From Methanomassiliicoccaceae archaeon (lineage in GTDB: Archaea > Thermoplasmatota > Thermoplasmata > Methanomassiliicoccales > UBA472), in contig CAVYIY010000005.1 in NCBI GenBank assembly GCA_963768775.1, positions 159,028 to 223,027 on the forward strand: a stretch of 64,000 bases of DNA, written 5' to 3'. Made by a program: the position numbers and the translations under genes. Below, piece by piece: positions 40,837 through 51,214 of the stretch (positions are counted from its first letter, which is position 1; each line of letters begins with the position of its first letter). The notes beneath the pieces are model-generated. The model did no database searches and was not told the DNA's origin. It saw nothing but the letters and a program-made list of their open reading frames with translations.

Positions 40837-42093
40837 GTGCGTTTCTTTGTCGAGACCTATGGTTGCACGATGAACCAAGGCGAGGGCCATGAGATGGAGC
40901 GCAAGCTAGCCTCGCTGGGCCACTCAATGGTCGCCTGTGCCGAGGATGCGGACGTAATTGTAGTCAACACTTGCGTCGTGATCGAGGCCACCGAGCTCAA
41001 GATCATGAAGCGGATGAGGGAGCTGGAAGAGAAGGCGAAGCAACTCGTCGTTACCGGTTGCATGGCTTCAGTGGAGGGAAGCACGGTGATGGGCGAATTC
41101 CCGGATGCCCTCCTCATCCCCCCTTCGGTATATGGGTCGTTTGCGAACAGGGTCGTCGAGCGTTTTGGCACGGGTGAGGCAAAGGTCGACCGGATCAGGC
41201 TTCCTTCTGGCATAACCTTCATCCTGCCCATCGCCCAAGGCTGTCTGGGTCATTGCAGCTACTGCATCACTCGACTTGCTAGGGGCCGATTGAGAAGCTA
41301 TCCGCTGGAAGGTCTTATCGACCTGGCGCAAGCGGCCGTCAACGATGGTGCAAAGGAGCTGTTGATCACCGCACAGGACACTGCCTGTTATGGCAAGGAT
41401 TCAGACAGCAGCCTGAGGGAATTGATCGAGAGGATATGTCAGATAGATGGCGAATTCAAGATTCGGATAGGGATGATGAATCCTGACAGCCTGCGCGGAC
41501 AGGAAGGGGACCTGGCCCGGATCATCAAGCATGATAAGGTCTACAAGTTCCTCCACCTCCCGGTCCAGACCGGCAGCGACCGATTGCTGAAGGCGATGGG
41601 CAGAGGGTACGTTGCCATCGAGTTCGAGGAGCAGGTTCGAACGATCAGGAGAGAGGTTCCACGGCTGACCCTCTCGACCGACCTCATCTGTGGGTTCCCT
41701 GGCGAAAGCGATCGGGACCACGAGGAATCGTTGGAACTGCTGCGGAGGACGAGGCCGAACATCGTCAACGTCACTCGATTCTCCAGCCGGCCTGGTACGG
41801 AGGCAGTAGCAATGGGCTCTCAGGTGGTCAGCCGCATCGCCAAGGATCGATCGAGGGAGATTGCGAAATTGCGATTCGAGATAGCCGTAGGCATCAATGC
41901 AGCACGGGTCGGCGAATGCGCTGATGTCATGGCCGCCGAGGTGGGAAAGACGGGCACTACGATCTGCAGAGACCTTGCTTACGCTCCGATCGCCGTCCCT
42001 TCTGAGCTTCCGTTGGGATCCATGGTGAGAGTGGTCATAGCGGATTCGCGTCCAACTCATCTGATCGGGCGATTGATGATTGACACACCGTAA
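40837..42093 (+). CDS. Radical-SAM methylthiotransferase, archaeal MiaB/MtaB (CDKAL1)-like, with a C-terminal TRAM domain
   Basis: GTG start. The N-terminus is FFVETYGCTMNQGEGHEM and the radical SAM motif CLGHCSYCITRLARG is present. Confidence 0.85.
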   Translation: MRFFVETYGCTMNQGEGHEMERKLASLGHSMVACAEDADVIVVNTCVVIEATELKIMKRMRELEEKAKQLVVTGCMASVEGSTVMGEFPDALLIPPSVYGSFANRVVERFGTGEAKVDRIRLPSGITFILPIAQGCLGHCSYCITRLARGRLRSYPLEGLIDLAQAAVNDGAKELLITAQDTACYGKDSDSSLRELIERICQIDGEFKIRIGMMNPDSLRGQEGDLARIIKHDKVYKFLHLPVQTGSDRLLKAMGRGYVAIEFEEQVRTIRREVPRLTLSTDLICGFPGESDRDHEESLELLRRTRPNIVNVTRFSSRPGTEAVAMGSQVVSRIAKDRSREIAKLRFEIAVGINAARVGECADVMAAEVGKTGTTICRDLAYAPIAVPSELPLGSMVRVVIADSRPTHLIGRLMIDTP

Positions 42094-42184
42094 GAAAATC
42101 CTGACGGTCCAGCCATCGAAAACGATTGCTTTGGATTTTCCGCAACCGAACCCTGGCGCGAAGCCAGATGCCGTTGACTCATTC

Positions 42185-43333
42185 TCACTTTCTTCCGGCC
42201 GAGGCCAGCTTCATCGTCAGCGCCATGACGGCGCACAGGATTATGCAGGAGACGTTCACCGCTGCTATGCCCCAGGCGAGGTACGGCGCGGAGAGCACGA
42301 CCGCTGCCAAGGAACCGCCCAGGAACCCGGCGCTAGTGAAGAGCGAGGAGATCGTCCCGCGCATCTGCGGGGATAGTTCCACCGCCAGAGTCAGCTGCGA
42401 AGCCCATGCGATGGCGGACCCGATGGCGAAGATGGCGAGCGCCACCGTGTAGAGCAGCGCCGTGTCGGATGCGAGCATGAGGGCGAGGGAGCTGGCCATG
42501 ATGGCGAAGCCCAGTCCGGCGCTCTTGAAGAGCCCCATCCGCACCACCAGTTCCCCGGCGACCCTCGATGCCAGCAGGCCGACCAATCCCGCGGCCGCAA
42601 GTATCACACCAATCCCCTCGCTGGTGATGAGCAGGGGCGGCTCAGACAGTCGGTTCGAAACGAAGGCCTGGTTCCCGATATAGCACAGCACCTGCATGAA
42701 GCCGGTGATGGAGAGGAAGACTACCGGGCGGAGCCGCCAGGCCTTGCCGATGCGCGAGAGCACGGACCTGACCCAGTCCGACCCGGCATCTTTGCTTGTC
42801 TCGGTTCCGCCCTTGTGCAGGAACGCCAGCATGAATGAGAGGATCGCGATGAACCAGAACGTCAGGCGCCAATCGACGATGGAGAATATTCCGGCCACCA
42901 GCGGGCCGAGCGAGATACCGGCGGTAGTCGCCCCCGTGAAAAGGCCCATCGCCACCCCCTTTCTGTCCCCGGGAACGATGTCCCCCAGGAGGGCGACCAG
43001 GACCGGTTGAAGGAAGGCGAAGCCGATGCCCTGGACCGCTCTTGATAGGTAGAATGTCACCAGCTCGGGCGCCAGGGCGGTGACGATGCAGCCGATGGCG
43101 TAGACCAGGAAGCCGATGCGCAGTACTTTCGTCCGGCCCAGAACGTCCGAAAGCGCGCCGGTGAAGAGCGAAAACAGCGCGAAGGGCAGCATGAAGAAGG
43201 TGATCGACAGGAGCACCTCGGGCGCGCCAGCGTTGAAGGAGGCCTTGAGCTCCGGCACCAGGGCCAGGACTGCGTTGGAGGCCAGAGGCCCGATGAATGC
43301 ACCGGTGTAGATGGCGAAGCGGCGCGCGTCCAT
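42185..43333 (-). CDS. MFS transporter
   Basis: 382 aa with about 12 TM segments. The motif is GALSDVLGRTKV. Confidence 0.75.
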   Translation of the reverse strand: MDARRFAIYTGAFIGPLASNAVLALVPELKASFNAGAPEVLLSITFFMLPFALFSLFTGALSDVLGRTKVLRIGFLVYAIGCIVTALAPELVTFYLSRAVQGIGFAFLQPVLVALLGDIVPGDRKGVAMGLFTGATTAGISLGPLVAGIFSIVDWRLTFWFIAILSFMLAFLHKGGTETSKDAGSDWVRSVLSRIGKAWRLRPVVFLSITGFMQVLCYIGNQAFVSNRLSEPPLLITSEGIGVILAAAGLVGLLASRVAGELVVRMGLFKSAGLGFAIMASSLALMLASDTALLYTVALAIFAIGSAIAWASQLTLAVELSPQMRGTISSLFTSAGFLGGSLAAVVLSAPYLAWGIAAVNVSCIILCAVMALTMKLASAGRK

Positions 43334-43454
43334 GTTCGGCTACCTGACCGCCTTAATACGTCATTTATCAAGAACCTGCGCATCTGCTGGTGATGCACTT
43401 GGCTCGGTTCTGGACTCTCCTCTTTATATACGAGAAATCAAATCGAGGCAACAC

Positions 43455-43530
43455 AGCCCCGTAGTGTAGTGGTCAATCATGCTGGCCTTTGGAGCCGGTG
43501 ACGGCAGTTCGAATCTGCCCGGGGCTACCA
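43455..43530 (+). tRNA. tRNA-Pro (anticodon UGG) with genomically encoded CCA
   Basis: The acceptor is AGCCCCG/CGGGGCT. The anticodon arm is CTGGC-CTTTGGA-GCCGG. The T arm is GGCAG-TTCGAAT-CTGCC, followed by ACCA. Confidence 0.85.
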
Positions 43531-43653
43531 CTCACCTTTCACGCCCGTTCCATCAGACTCGGTATTTCGGGACGCGTGGATCAAAAACGGACGTTGGCGG
43601 CTCAGATAATAGCTGATCCCCAAGCGGAATTGGATGCAAACGGGGCCGATCGA

Positions 43654-44172
43654 TCACCATTTCTCCTTGTGGACGACCTCGCTGACGCCCAAACGGGAAG
43701 TATGGAAGCCCTCCTTCATCGGGCGGCCGATTGGCAATATGGCGACAGGACGGATGTTCTCCGGTATGCTCAGCACCTTCGAGACCTCGCGCTCATCGAA
43801 GGCCCCGACCCAGCAGCTTCCATAGCCTTCGCTGACGACGTAGAGCAGAATGTGTTCGATGGCGGCAGCGGCGTCCTGCAGGCAATAGAGCTGCGCCCCC
43901 CTAGTGCCATAGTTCCTGATCCGGTTCTGATTGGCGCAAACGACGATGACCACCGGCGCCTCCTCGATGAATGCCTGTCCGAACGCTGCTTTCGCCAACC
44001 GTTTCTTGGACAGGGCGTTCCTGATCACAATGAAATCCCTTGACTGCAGGTTGCCCGCCGAGGGCGCAAGCGTCGCCAATCTCAGAGCCTCGTTGACCAC
44101 TTTATCTGGTATGTCTTCCTCGGTGAAGGACCGAACGCTCAGCCTGGCCTCTATGCTCTCAATTAGTTCCAT
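43654..44172 (-). CDS. Nitroreductase-family protein
   Basis: The ATG is at 44172 (MELIESIEARLSVRSFTEEDIP...LAPSAGNLQSRDFIVI). Confidence 0.75.
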   Translation of the reverse strand: MELIESIEARLSVRSFTEEDIPDKVVNEALRLATLAPSAGNLQSRDFIVIRNALSKKRLAKAAFGQAFIEEAPVVIVVCANQNRIRNYGTRGAQLYCLQDAAAAIEHILLYVVSEGYGSCWVGAFDEREVSKVLSIPENIRPVAILPIGRPMKEGFHTSRLGVSEVVHKEKW

Positions 44173-44340
44173 ATCGTGACCTCCGCTTCGTTGCGATGAT
44201 AGCAAGGACACTAGAGCAGGAATTCAAGTTTATACATTATGCATCCGACTCTCGAAAGCTCATGCAGCGATCTTCACGGCGCTCGCCTCGCCGACGCGGT
44301 CATCAGAAGATAGTTAATGTGGTCCGCTGCTCCACCGCGC

Positions 44341-44601
44341 ATGCAGGTTCAGTGCGTCATCGAGCTGGATTACAGGAACGCGGAGGAGGCCGAAAAGGTA
44401 GCCAGATCGATATCCCTCGACAATGGGAATTATGCCCAGGCAGAGGTCTGCGGGAACCGGCTCACCCTGAGGGCATCAGCGGCTTCGGCGGCCTCCATGC
44501 TCCATACGCTGGAGGACCTGCTCTCGTGCGTCAAGGTCGCTGACGAGATGATGAAAAGCATTGCTGGCTCAGGCGATGGCCTCTCGGACCTTGACGACTA
44601 G
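44341..44601 (+). CDS. pcc1: KEOPS complex subunit Pcc1-like
   Basis: MQVQCVIELDYRNAEEAEKVARSISLDNG...RLTLRASAASAASMLHTLEDLLSCVKVADEM fits the Pcc1/CTAG pattern. It converges on and overlaps the tgtA 3' end by 33 nt. Confidence 0.55.
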   Translation: MQVQCVIELDYRNAEEAEKVARSISLDNGNYAQAEVCGNRLTLRASAASAASMLHTLEDLLSCVKVADEMMKSIAGSGDGLSDLDD

Positions 44602-46519
44602 TCCTTTCTTCACGGCGAGCATCTCCTCCCTGACCAAGAGCGTCCGCCCGATGGCGATCAACCGGTCCGCGTCGTCGACGATGAGGACCTCGTCCATCGG
44701 CACCAGGTCTGGGTCGCAATCCAGGACGAAGCCGCCGAAGACGTTCTTCCCCTCCCTGTTGAACTCGGCCGAATCCGCGTTCACGATGACCCTCATCCTG
44801 GGCGAAGCGAAGCGCTTATGCAGTTTCTCCGCCCCGGCGGGCCGCAGGGTGAACAGTCCGTCGGGCGCCCGCATCGAGACCACGTGCTTTCCGTCGACAA
44901 GGACGTTCCTTATCTTGCCGGTTGTCTTCGACTTAACAATCTGTAGTACGCCGTCGAAGAGTTCGTCCGCTGCGCCCTTCCCGAATTGGTAGTCCGCCAC
45001 GGCCTTGACCTTCGCGACGTCGATGTCGAAGCTGCTCTTCTCCCCCGACAGCGATGAAAGCATTTCCATCGTGCTATTTGCATCGTAGATCAGGCACATG
45101 CCATATTGCTGGCAATGGGAGAAGCGCTCCATTAGGTCCTTGATGTGCTCCTCCATCTCCCTATCCTTGATCCTGGGGAAGAGCGATTGGGCGATGGGAT
45201 AGACCTCATCGAGCTCTATCGGCACCGGGCCGAAGGGGGACATCACCAGGAAATGCGCGTCCCCCACATCTGACAGCTTCGCCATGAGCGGGGCGAAGGT
45301 ACGGGAGTACGGGCGCTCGGCGTCCTCGAACCCGACCAGGATCTTGTTCTCGGGCTGGCGGTAGCGCTCGAAGTATCTTTCCTCGTAGCGCTGGAAGCAG
45401 GGCCGGTTCAACGTCTCCGGTCCGGTGTAGAACATCGCCCCGTCCCGGCTGAGCGGCTCGAAGCGCTCCAGGAACTTGCGGTGCTCGCGCAGGCGCCTGA
45501 GACCGTCCAGGAGCGCAGGGTGCGAGCGGCAGCGGGTCTCCACCAGCTCCCACAATGTCCCTTCCTGCATCGCGCGCTTGGCGTGCTCGATCTCCTTCTT
45601 CGAGACGTACAGGTTGTGCTTGGCGAGCGTGAGCATGCGCTCCTTCTCCGGAAGCGCCCGCAGGGATTCCAGCGTGTGAGCGCGGCAGGCGGGGCACTCG
45701 CACTCCAGCGTCTTCATGTCCGCCAGGTGCATCGTGCCTTCGGCGGAACATCAGCCGGTCGTCACGGGCGAACTTGGCATAGGAAGCCGAATCGAACATA
45801 TCGCAGCCGAGCAGGATGGCGAGCGCGAAGACCATCGGATGGCCCGCCCCGAAGAGATGCACCGGCCTGGCCGGCATCAGTCCCTTCTTGGAGGCGATGA
45901 TCACGTCCACCAGGTCGGCGAAGCGGTAGCGCTCCATCAGCGGCACCACTCCGCCGATCGGATGGATGTCCACATCCATCGAGGCCATCTCCCGGGCGCA
46001 GTGCTCCCTCTGGTCGGGATAGATCGAGCCTTGGACCACGCCGGCGAGCATCATTTCCTCCTTGATGGCAGCGGCCTCCCTGGTCCGGTGCAGGGTCTCA
46101 TCGACCGCCTGTCTCGTCTTCTCCGGTCCCCAGTCGGGCTCGGTGAAGATGTCCAGGACCGTCCCGATGTCCGAGCCGATGTCCCTTTGGAAGGCGACGA
46201 TGTCCTTGTTAAGGACCTCGACCTCGCCGTACATGTGGCTCTGGAAGGTGCCGCTGTCGGTCATGACTATCCCGTCGTATCCGATGAGCTGATGCACCCC
46301 CTTCTCTAAGGCAGCCTGCCTCAGCGTCGGGTCGTTGCGGATGATATACGAATTGGTGATGAGGGCCTGGAAGCCAAGCTCCTCCTTCAAGACCGATGGA
46401 GCGATGGTGATCAAGCGCGGGTTCAGCACTGGCAGCAAAGCCGGGGTCTCCAAAGCACCGTGCTTCGTCTCGAACCGGCAGATCCTTGCCAGGCCGTCGC
46501 GCTTCAGGATCTCGAACAT
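44569..46519 (-). pseudogene. tgtA: Archaeosine tRNA-guanine(15) transglycosylase TgtA with a C-terminal PUA domain; one frameshift near 45738-45750
   Basis: The N-terminal part (ORF 45206..46519) is MFEILKRDGLARICRFETKHGALETPALLPV...LFGAGHPMVFALAILLGCDMFDSASY. The C-terminal part (ORF 44569..45732) is MHLADMKTLECECPACRAH...PUA-like end. Confidence 0.85.
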
Positions 46520-46853
46520 GGCTGAGTGTAGGCGGAGTCGATATTAAGGCTTTGATGTCGACCCGACCGGTAGGTTGAAAAGAAACGAGCCATTGGCGGC
46601 AGCAAAGGTTTATGATAGCCTGAAATTGGAACATCTAAGTCAGCTGGATGAAGCGTCTAACCGCTATGCTCACCTGTTCCCTAAACCCCTTTCGATCTTT
46701 CTCGATTCCTAAGAGGTTAGGACTATATGCAAAAACCTTCGTCAATTTCCATCTCCAACATCATTGTAGGCACGCACATTATGACGATAGTTTTTTTATT
46801 TGGGATTGCAGATAGGCTTCAAGTAAACACGGAAAGATTAGGTGCGATTAAAA

Positions 46854-47051
46854 ATGGCAACAAGAGCATCTAAGGTGACCATTGGTGGGTTTATAATAAT
46901 TATTGTTGGATTGATAATAGTAATTGTTCATGCCCTCAACATGGGCACGCTTGATAGCGTTCAAACAATGTTGCCTGAATTAGGATTGATTTTGATAGGT
47001 ATAGCTGTTCAACTGCTGGGATTGGGCGCAATACTTGTTAGCAAGAAATAG
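46854..47051 (+). CDS. Hypothetical small membrane protein (65 aa)
   Basis: The ATG is at 46854. Two hydrophobic helices. Low-GC patch. Confidence 0.35.
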   Translation: MATRASKVTIGGFIIIIVGLIIVIVHALNMGTLDSVQTMLPELGLILIGIAVQLLGLGAILVSKK

Positions 47052-47622
47052 AATTGCCCGTTGCTTTTTCATGTTCTAGGTCGAAAAGCGCCAATTCTGC
47101 ACCACCTCGCTCTGACCGTCACTTTAATTCAAGAATCGCAGGGCAACGGCCATCTTGGGGGTTCTCCGAAGCTTCAATGAGGAGCGGCCCTCTCCCCCCC
47201 TTCCCTTATGACGGGCCAGCATGATTTAGGCATTATACGACTTCGAGGCTCAGAAAACAGATGTTATTCACGATGCGGTGAGGTTCGGGCTCTGATGAAT
47301 ATGCAGAGAGAGTCCAATAAAGGGGTTGATTTTGAGACAATGGGGTTTGGGCCGAGGATGGCCGGAAACTAAAAAAAGAGGGGCTCGGAAAATGAACACC
47401 ATGACAATTTTATCAACCAAGCCCCGGCCCATTATGTGAACGGCGTTTACTTATTAAAATTAACCCTGTTAACATATTGTTAAATGTTATAGAAGCACAT
47501 TCTGTCAACCAGTACCTTCTATCGATTCCGATTCGAGGAACTCCGCTATATTTGCGGACTGACTGGCTATGATTGAGACCTTATCGGGATGCGGGAGATT
47601 CGAGCCGAGCAAGCGTTCTCGT

Positions 47623-48024
47623 TCAGAGACCTTCGGCAAGCTCGGTCTTCAATGCCTCCCCTTTCTTCCCCAGCCAATCGAACTTGCCACACGCTCTCAA
47701 ATCAGCGCATCGCGAACACGAGGAGTAGCCTTTCCCTCTAGAGCACACGCGAATCGGACATTCCGAACTGCCTCCTCCGTTCAAGCAGCCAGGGCATTTC
47801 AATGAGTTCCGCACCCAGTTAAGGTTCTTCTCGAACAGCTTGAAGTCGATGTCGCCCCCGCCTGGAATATCATGAGCCCAGCTAGCCACCTCATACTTCT
47901 GGAGATACTTACTTAGCTCCATCGCTGTCTCCGAAACGGTGCCATTGCCCAGGGGGCATTCTCCACACCGGATTCCGCAAGGAGCAACCTGACCCTTCAC
48001 GATGGCATAATCCTCAGTCAGCAC
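47623..48024 (-). CDS. Cysteine-rich DUF3795-like protein
   Basis: The Cys spacing CGIRCGECPLG...CPGCLNGGGSSECPIRVCSRGKGYSSCSRCADLRAC is typical of DUF3795. Confidence 0.6.
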   Translation of the reverse strand: MLTEDYAIVKGQVAPCGIRCGECPLGNGTVSETAMELSKYLQKYEVASWAHDIPGGGDIDFKLFEKNLNWVRNSLKCPGCLNGGGSSECPIRVCSRGKGYSSCSRCADLRACGKFDWLGKKGEALKTELAEGL

Positions 48025-48135
48025 GCGTTTCCATTGTCACTGCATTGTATATATCTGTCGCTGGCCAAGCCTGTAAGCAACAATACTTTGATGGTCTGAT
48101 GACATTGGCACAAAGGTTTATGATGTGCCTGGGAG

Positions 48136-48516
48136 GTGTTCCTGCGGATGCCAGCGACCCAGTTCGAAAACAAGATGGTCATCGCCGTACGCAAGGACCT
48201 CAAGCTCTCGCCAGGCAAATTGGCGGCGCAGGTGGCCCACGCGGCTGTCAATTGCGCCCTCATCTCCAAGAAGCGGAAGGCCGATTGGTTCGAAAGGTGG
48301 TACGCCGAGGGCCAGAAGAAGGTTGTGGTCAAGGTCAACGACCTGAAGGAGCTGCTCGAACTCAAGATGGCGGCCGAGAGCGCTGGATTGGTCACGTCGC
48401 TCATCACCGACGCTGGCATGACCGAGCTGCCTCCCAACACCACCACCTGCCTCGGCATCGGGCCGGCGCCGGACAACCTTATCGACAAGGTGACTGGCCA
48501 TCTAGGACTGATGTGA
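48136..48516 (+). CDS. pth2: Peptidyl-tRNA hydrolase, archaeal type (Pth2)
   Basis: Peptides are KMVIAVRKDLKLSPGKLAAQVAHAAV and LITDAGMTELPPNTTTCLGIGP. Confidence 0.9.
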   Translation: MFLRMPATQFENKMVIAVRKDLKLSPGKLAAQVAHAAVNCALISKKRKADWFERWYAEGQKKVVVKVNDLKELLELKMAAESAGLVTSLITDAGMTELPPNTTTCLGIGPAPDNLIDKVTGHLGLM

Positions 48517-48517
48517 C

Positions 48518-49090
48518 GTGAAGCCGCATATCAGGGTGCTCGGTATCGACGATTCCCCTTTTTCGTTCTCTGATTCCAAGGTCACGGTCATCGGCGTGGT
48601 CATGCGCGTGCCTGGCTACGTCGAGGGAGTGATGCATTCGCGCCTTACCATCGACGGGGAGGATGGAAATGACGTCCTGACCAGAATGATCAACTCGTCC
48701 CGCTACAAGGAGCAGCTGCGTCTGGTCATGCTGGATGGGATTGCGATGGGCGGGTTCAACGTGATTGATATCGAGGCCTTGAACCAAGCGACCGGGTTGC
48801 CCATCGCCAGCGTGACCAGGGACCTTCCCGACCTGGCGAAGATGGAAGCCGCATTGAGGAAGCATTTCACCGATTGGGAAAGGCGCCTGAGCATCATCAC
48901 CCGATCAACGTTGTTCCAGGTGCAGACGGGGCACAAGCCATTGTCTGTCGCGGCAGCAGGGATCGGCAAGGAGGAGGCCGTTGAATTGATCGGTGCCAGC
49001 ATCGTGCGTGGCGCTTTGCCTGAACCAATACGGATCGCTCATCTAATCGCGAGAGCGATCGAGAGAGGGGAATCCAAGGGTGATGCTTAA
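48518..49090 (+). CDS. DUF99 / UPF0215-family protein (endonuclease-V-like fold)
   Basis: IRVLGIDDSPFSF...VIGVVMR...VMLDGIAMGGFNVIDIEAL is the typical UPF0215 pattern. Confidence 0.65.
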   Translation: MKPHIRVLGIDDSPFSFSDSKVTVIGVVMRVPGYVEGVMHSRLTIDGEDGNDVLTRMINSSRYKEQLRLVMLDGIAMGGFNVIDIEALNQATGLPIASVTRDLPDLAKMEAALRKHFTDWERRLSIITRSTLFQVQTGHKPLSVAAAGIGKEEAVELIGASIVRGALPEPIRIAHLIARAIERGESKGDA

Positions 49091-49908
49091 GCAGGGCCTT
49101 CCAAACAACCTTTCAGCCTTAGAGCAATCTCTGAGTTCTTCTCGTTGATGTTCTCAAGGAGCACTTCGGTGCTACTCCTGTTCATGGGTAGAATATGGAT
49201 TCGGAGACCGGAATCAGGGAGGTCCAAATGGCAGATTGACCCGTCGCCGGTCCGCTTATGGCTGTGCCCTATCAACTTCAAATGCTGAACCAATCTATCT
49301 TCGATCTGTCTCGGGTCTGACGAGAAGAACCTCTTCTCGCTTGAAAGGAAGCGCTCCTTGTTCTGCGATTGGTAGGTCATCAATCCTATCAGGGATAGAA
49401 GCAGTCCCGCCTCGACGGCAAAGGTTGCCGGATGTTCCGGGTTGAAATCGACAGTGAACGATAGTAGCGAAACGGCGAAGACGCTTATGGCTGCAATATA
49501 GATCATCCCCACGACGCTGGTTATCAGCTTCGAGGGCAACGAATTGCGAACCCAGGTCTCGAAATGAAGGCTATGCATTCTTTGCGCTGGAATTATCATC
49601 AATACTGCGATGATGATGGAGAGTGCAAGGAAGACTAATGTGAGCTGGTTGAATAGAACGTAGGAAAAGAGCATTGCGGCCAATATTCCAGGAACAACCG
49701 CCGCCATGACCAATTGGATAATGTTCTCGGCTCGTTCGATTTCGGCCTTCGGGTCGCGTGCCATGGCTGACTTTCCCATCCCATTCCTATAACGCGATTT
49801 CTTGTATAAAATATGTCTGCTGTTTGTCTGACGCTGAGCTCGAGCTTGTTCATACGGTAATGAACCCAGGTTACCCGATAGGATTCGATCATGGCAGCGA
49901 GGATTCAT
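49087..49908 (-). CDS. Hypothetical membrane protein
   Basis: 273-aa ORF with about 5 hydrophobic segments. The start is uncertain. Confidence 0.4.
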   Translation of the reverse strand: MNPRCHDRILSGNLGSLPYEQARAQRQTNSRHILYKKSRYRNGMGKSAMARDPKAEIERAENIIQLVMAAVVPGILAAMLFSYVLFNQLTLVFLALSIIIAVLMIIPAQRMHSLHFETWVRNSLPSKLITSVVGMIYIAAISVFAVSLLSFTVDFNPEHPATFAVEAGLLLSLIGLMTYQSQNKERFLSSEKRFFSSDPRQIEDRLVQHLKLIGHSHKRTGDGSICHLDLPDSGLRIHILPMNRSSTEVLLENINEKNSEIALRLKGCLEGPA

Positions 49909-50087
49909 AGCTGATCATCGCATCTGTCCTGTCGGTAACAATGATGCACGATCTCAAGGGAGCTTTTTCTGTCGATTATCATGCTCCGCGATTTTGCCTC
50001 GGTTGCGCCTACTGGCTATCAACGGATAGTTATTAATACTGCGGTGCTATAGGACGGGTGCTGAAGCGACCAAAAAACCCTCAACGC

Positions 50088-50098
50088 TTAAATATAAT
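50088..50098 (+). promoter_or_regulatory. Candidate TATA box (TTAAATATAAT) for the rps12 operon
   Basis: It lies about 45 nt upstream of the rps12 ATG and is embedded in the inverted repeat CGCTTA...TAAGCG. A GGTGA lies 6 nt before the ATG. Confidence 0.35.
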
Positions 50099-50140
50099 AA
50101 GCGTAATAGGGCGACAGCTTCCCATTCAAAGGTGAAATTA

Positions 50141-50569
50141 ATGGCTCGAGGTTTATACACTGCCAGCAAGCTCCGGAAGGACAGGCAGAGATTCCGATGG
50201 AGTGACAGCACTTACAAGAGGAGAATGCTCAGGTTGAAGGAGAAGTCTGACCCGTTAGAGGGTGCTCCACAGGCACGAGGCATCGTCCTTGAAAAAGTGG
50301 GTATAGAGGCAAAGCAGCCCAATTCCGGCATCAGAAAGTGCGTTAAGATCCAGCTTATCAAGAATGGTCGCCAGATCACCGCATTCACGGTCGGCGATGG
50401 TGCCATTAACTTCATAGACGAGCACGATGAGGTCCTGGTGGAAGGAATCGGGGGCAGGATGGGTCGTTCCTATGGTGATATCCCCGGTGTCCGTTTCAAG
50501 GTCGTTCAGGTGAACAACGTTTCCCTGAACGAACTGGTCAGGGGCAGGAAAGAGAAACCGGTGAGGTGA
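50141..50569 (+). CDS. rps12: 30S ribosomal protein S12 (uS12)
   Basis: Sequence [22 protein letters not shown]...[19 protein letters not shown]. Confidence 0.95.
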   Translation: MARGLYTASKLRKDRQRFRWSDSTYKRRMLRLKEKSDPLEGAPQARGIVLEKVGIEAKQPNSGIRKCVKIQLIKNGRQITAFTVGDGAINFIDEHDEVLVEGIGGRMGRSYGDIPGVRFKVVQVNNVSLNELVRGRKEKPVR

Positions 50570-50574
50570 ACAAG

Positions 50575-51183
50575 ATGGAAGAAACACAAGTCACAACCGC
50601 AGCGCCGGCCCCACCGGCCAAGGAAATGCTCCTATTCAGCAAGTATAGTTATTTCGAGATCGTCGTCAGGGATGCCGGACTGGCAAAGTACATCAATCTG
50701 TCGTCGACGTCAGTTCCGCATTCCGACGGTAGGCACGCCAACCGATCATTCGGGAAGGCGAAATTGAACATCGTCGAGCGATTGATCAACAACATGATGC
50801 GCACCGAAGTCTTCACCGGGAAGAAGCTGAAAGCCTATCGAGTCGTCTCGGAGGCTTTCGACATCATCGCCACGAAGACCAAGAAGAACCCGATCCAGGT
50901 TTTGGTGGAGGCTCTAGAGAACGCCGCGCCGCGCGAGGAAGTCACCAGGTTGCAGTTCGGAGGCATATCCGTACCGAAGGCAGTGGACGTCGCGCCGTCA
51001 CGCAGGCTGGACATCTCCCTGAGGAACATCACCAAGGGCGCCATCCAGACGAGCTTCAAGAACACCAAGCCCATCCAAGAGTGCCTCGCGGACGAGCTGA
51101 TACTCGCTTCTAAGAACGACATGAACAGCTTCGCCGTGGCCAAGAAGGAAGAGGTAGAGAGGGTCGCATCCTCGGCTAGGTGA
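50575..51183 (+). CDS. rps7: 30S ribosomal protein S7 (uS7)
   Basis: The ATG is at 50575. Peptides are LLFSKYSYFEIVVRDAGLAKYINL and NAAPREEVTRLQFGGISVPKAVDVAPSRRLD. Confidence 0.9.
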   Translation: MEETQVTTAAPAPPAKEMLLFSKYSYFEIVVRDAGLAKYINLSSTSVPHSDGRHANRSFGKAKLNIVERLINNMMRTEVFTGKKLKAYRVVSEAFDIIATKTKKNPIQVLVEALENAAPREEVTRLQFGGISVPKAVDVAPSRRLDISLRNITKGAIQTSFKNTKPIQECLADELILASKNDMNSFAVAKKEEVERVASSAR

Positions 51184-51214
51184 GCGAGAGCATCTGCAAC
51201 TTTGGGGTGTTTCC

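Noticed and set aside
46836-46850. CGCACCTAATC on the minus strand, resembling the transposon iteron core.
   Set aside because: It is a single 9-10-nt match far from the element. About 0.5 chance occurrences of a 9-mer are expected in 64 kb on both strands.
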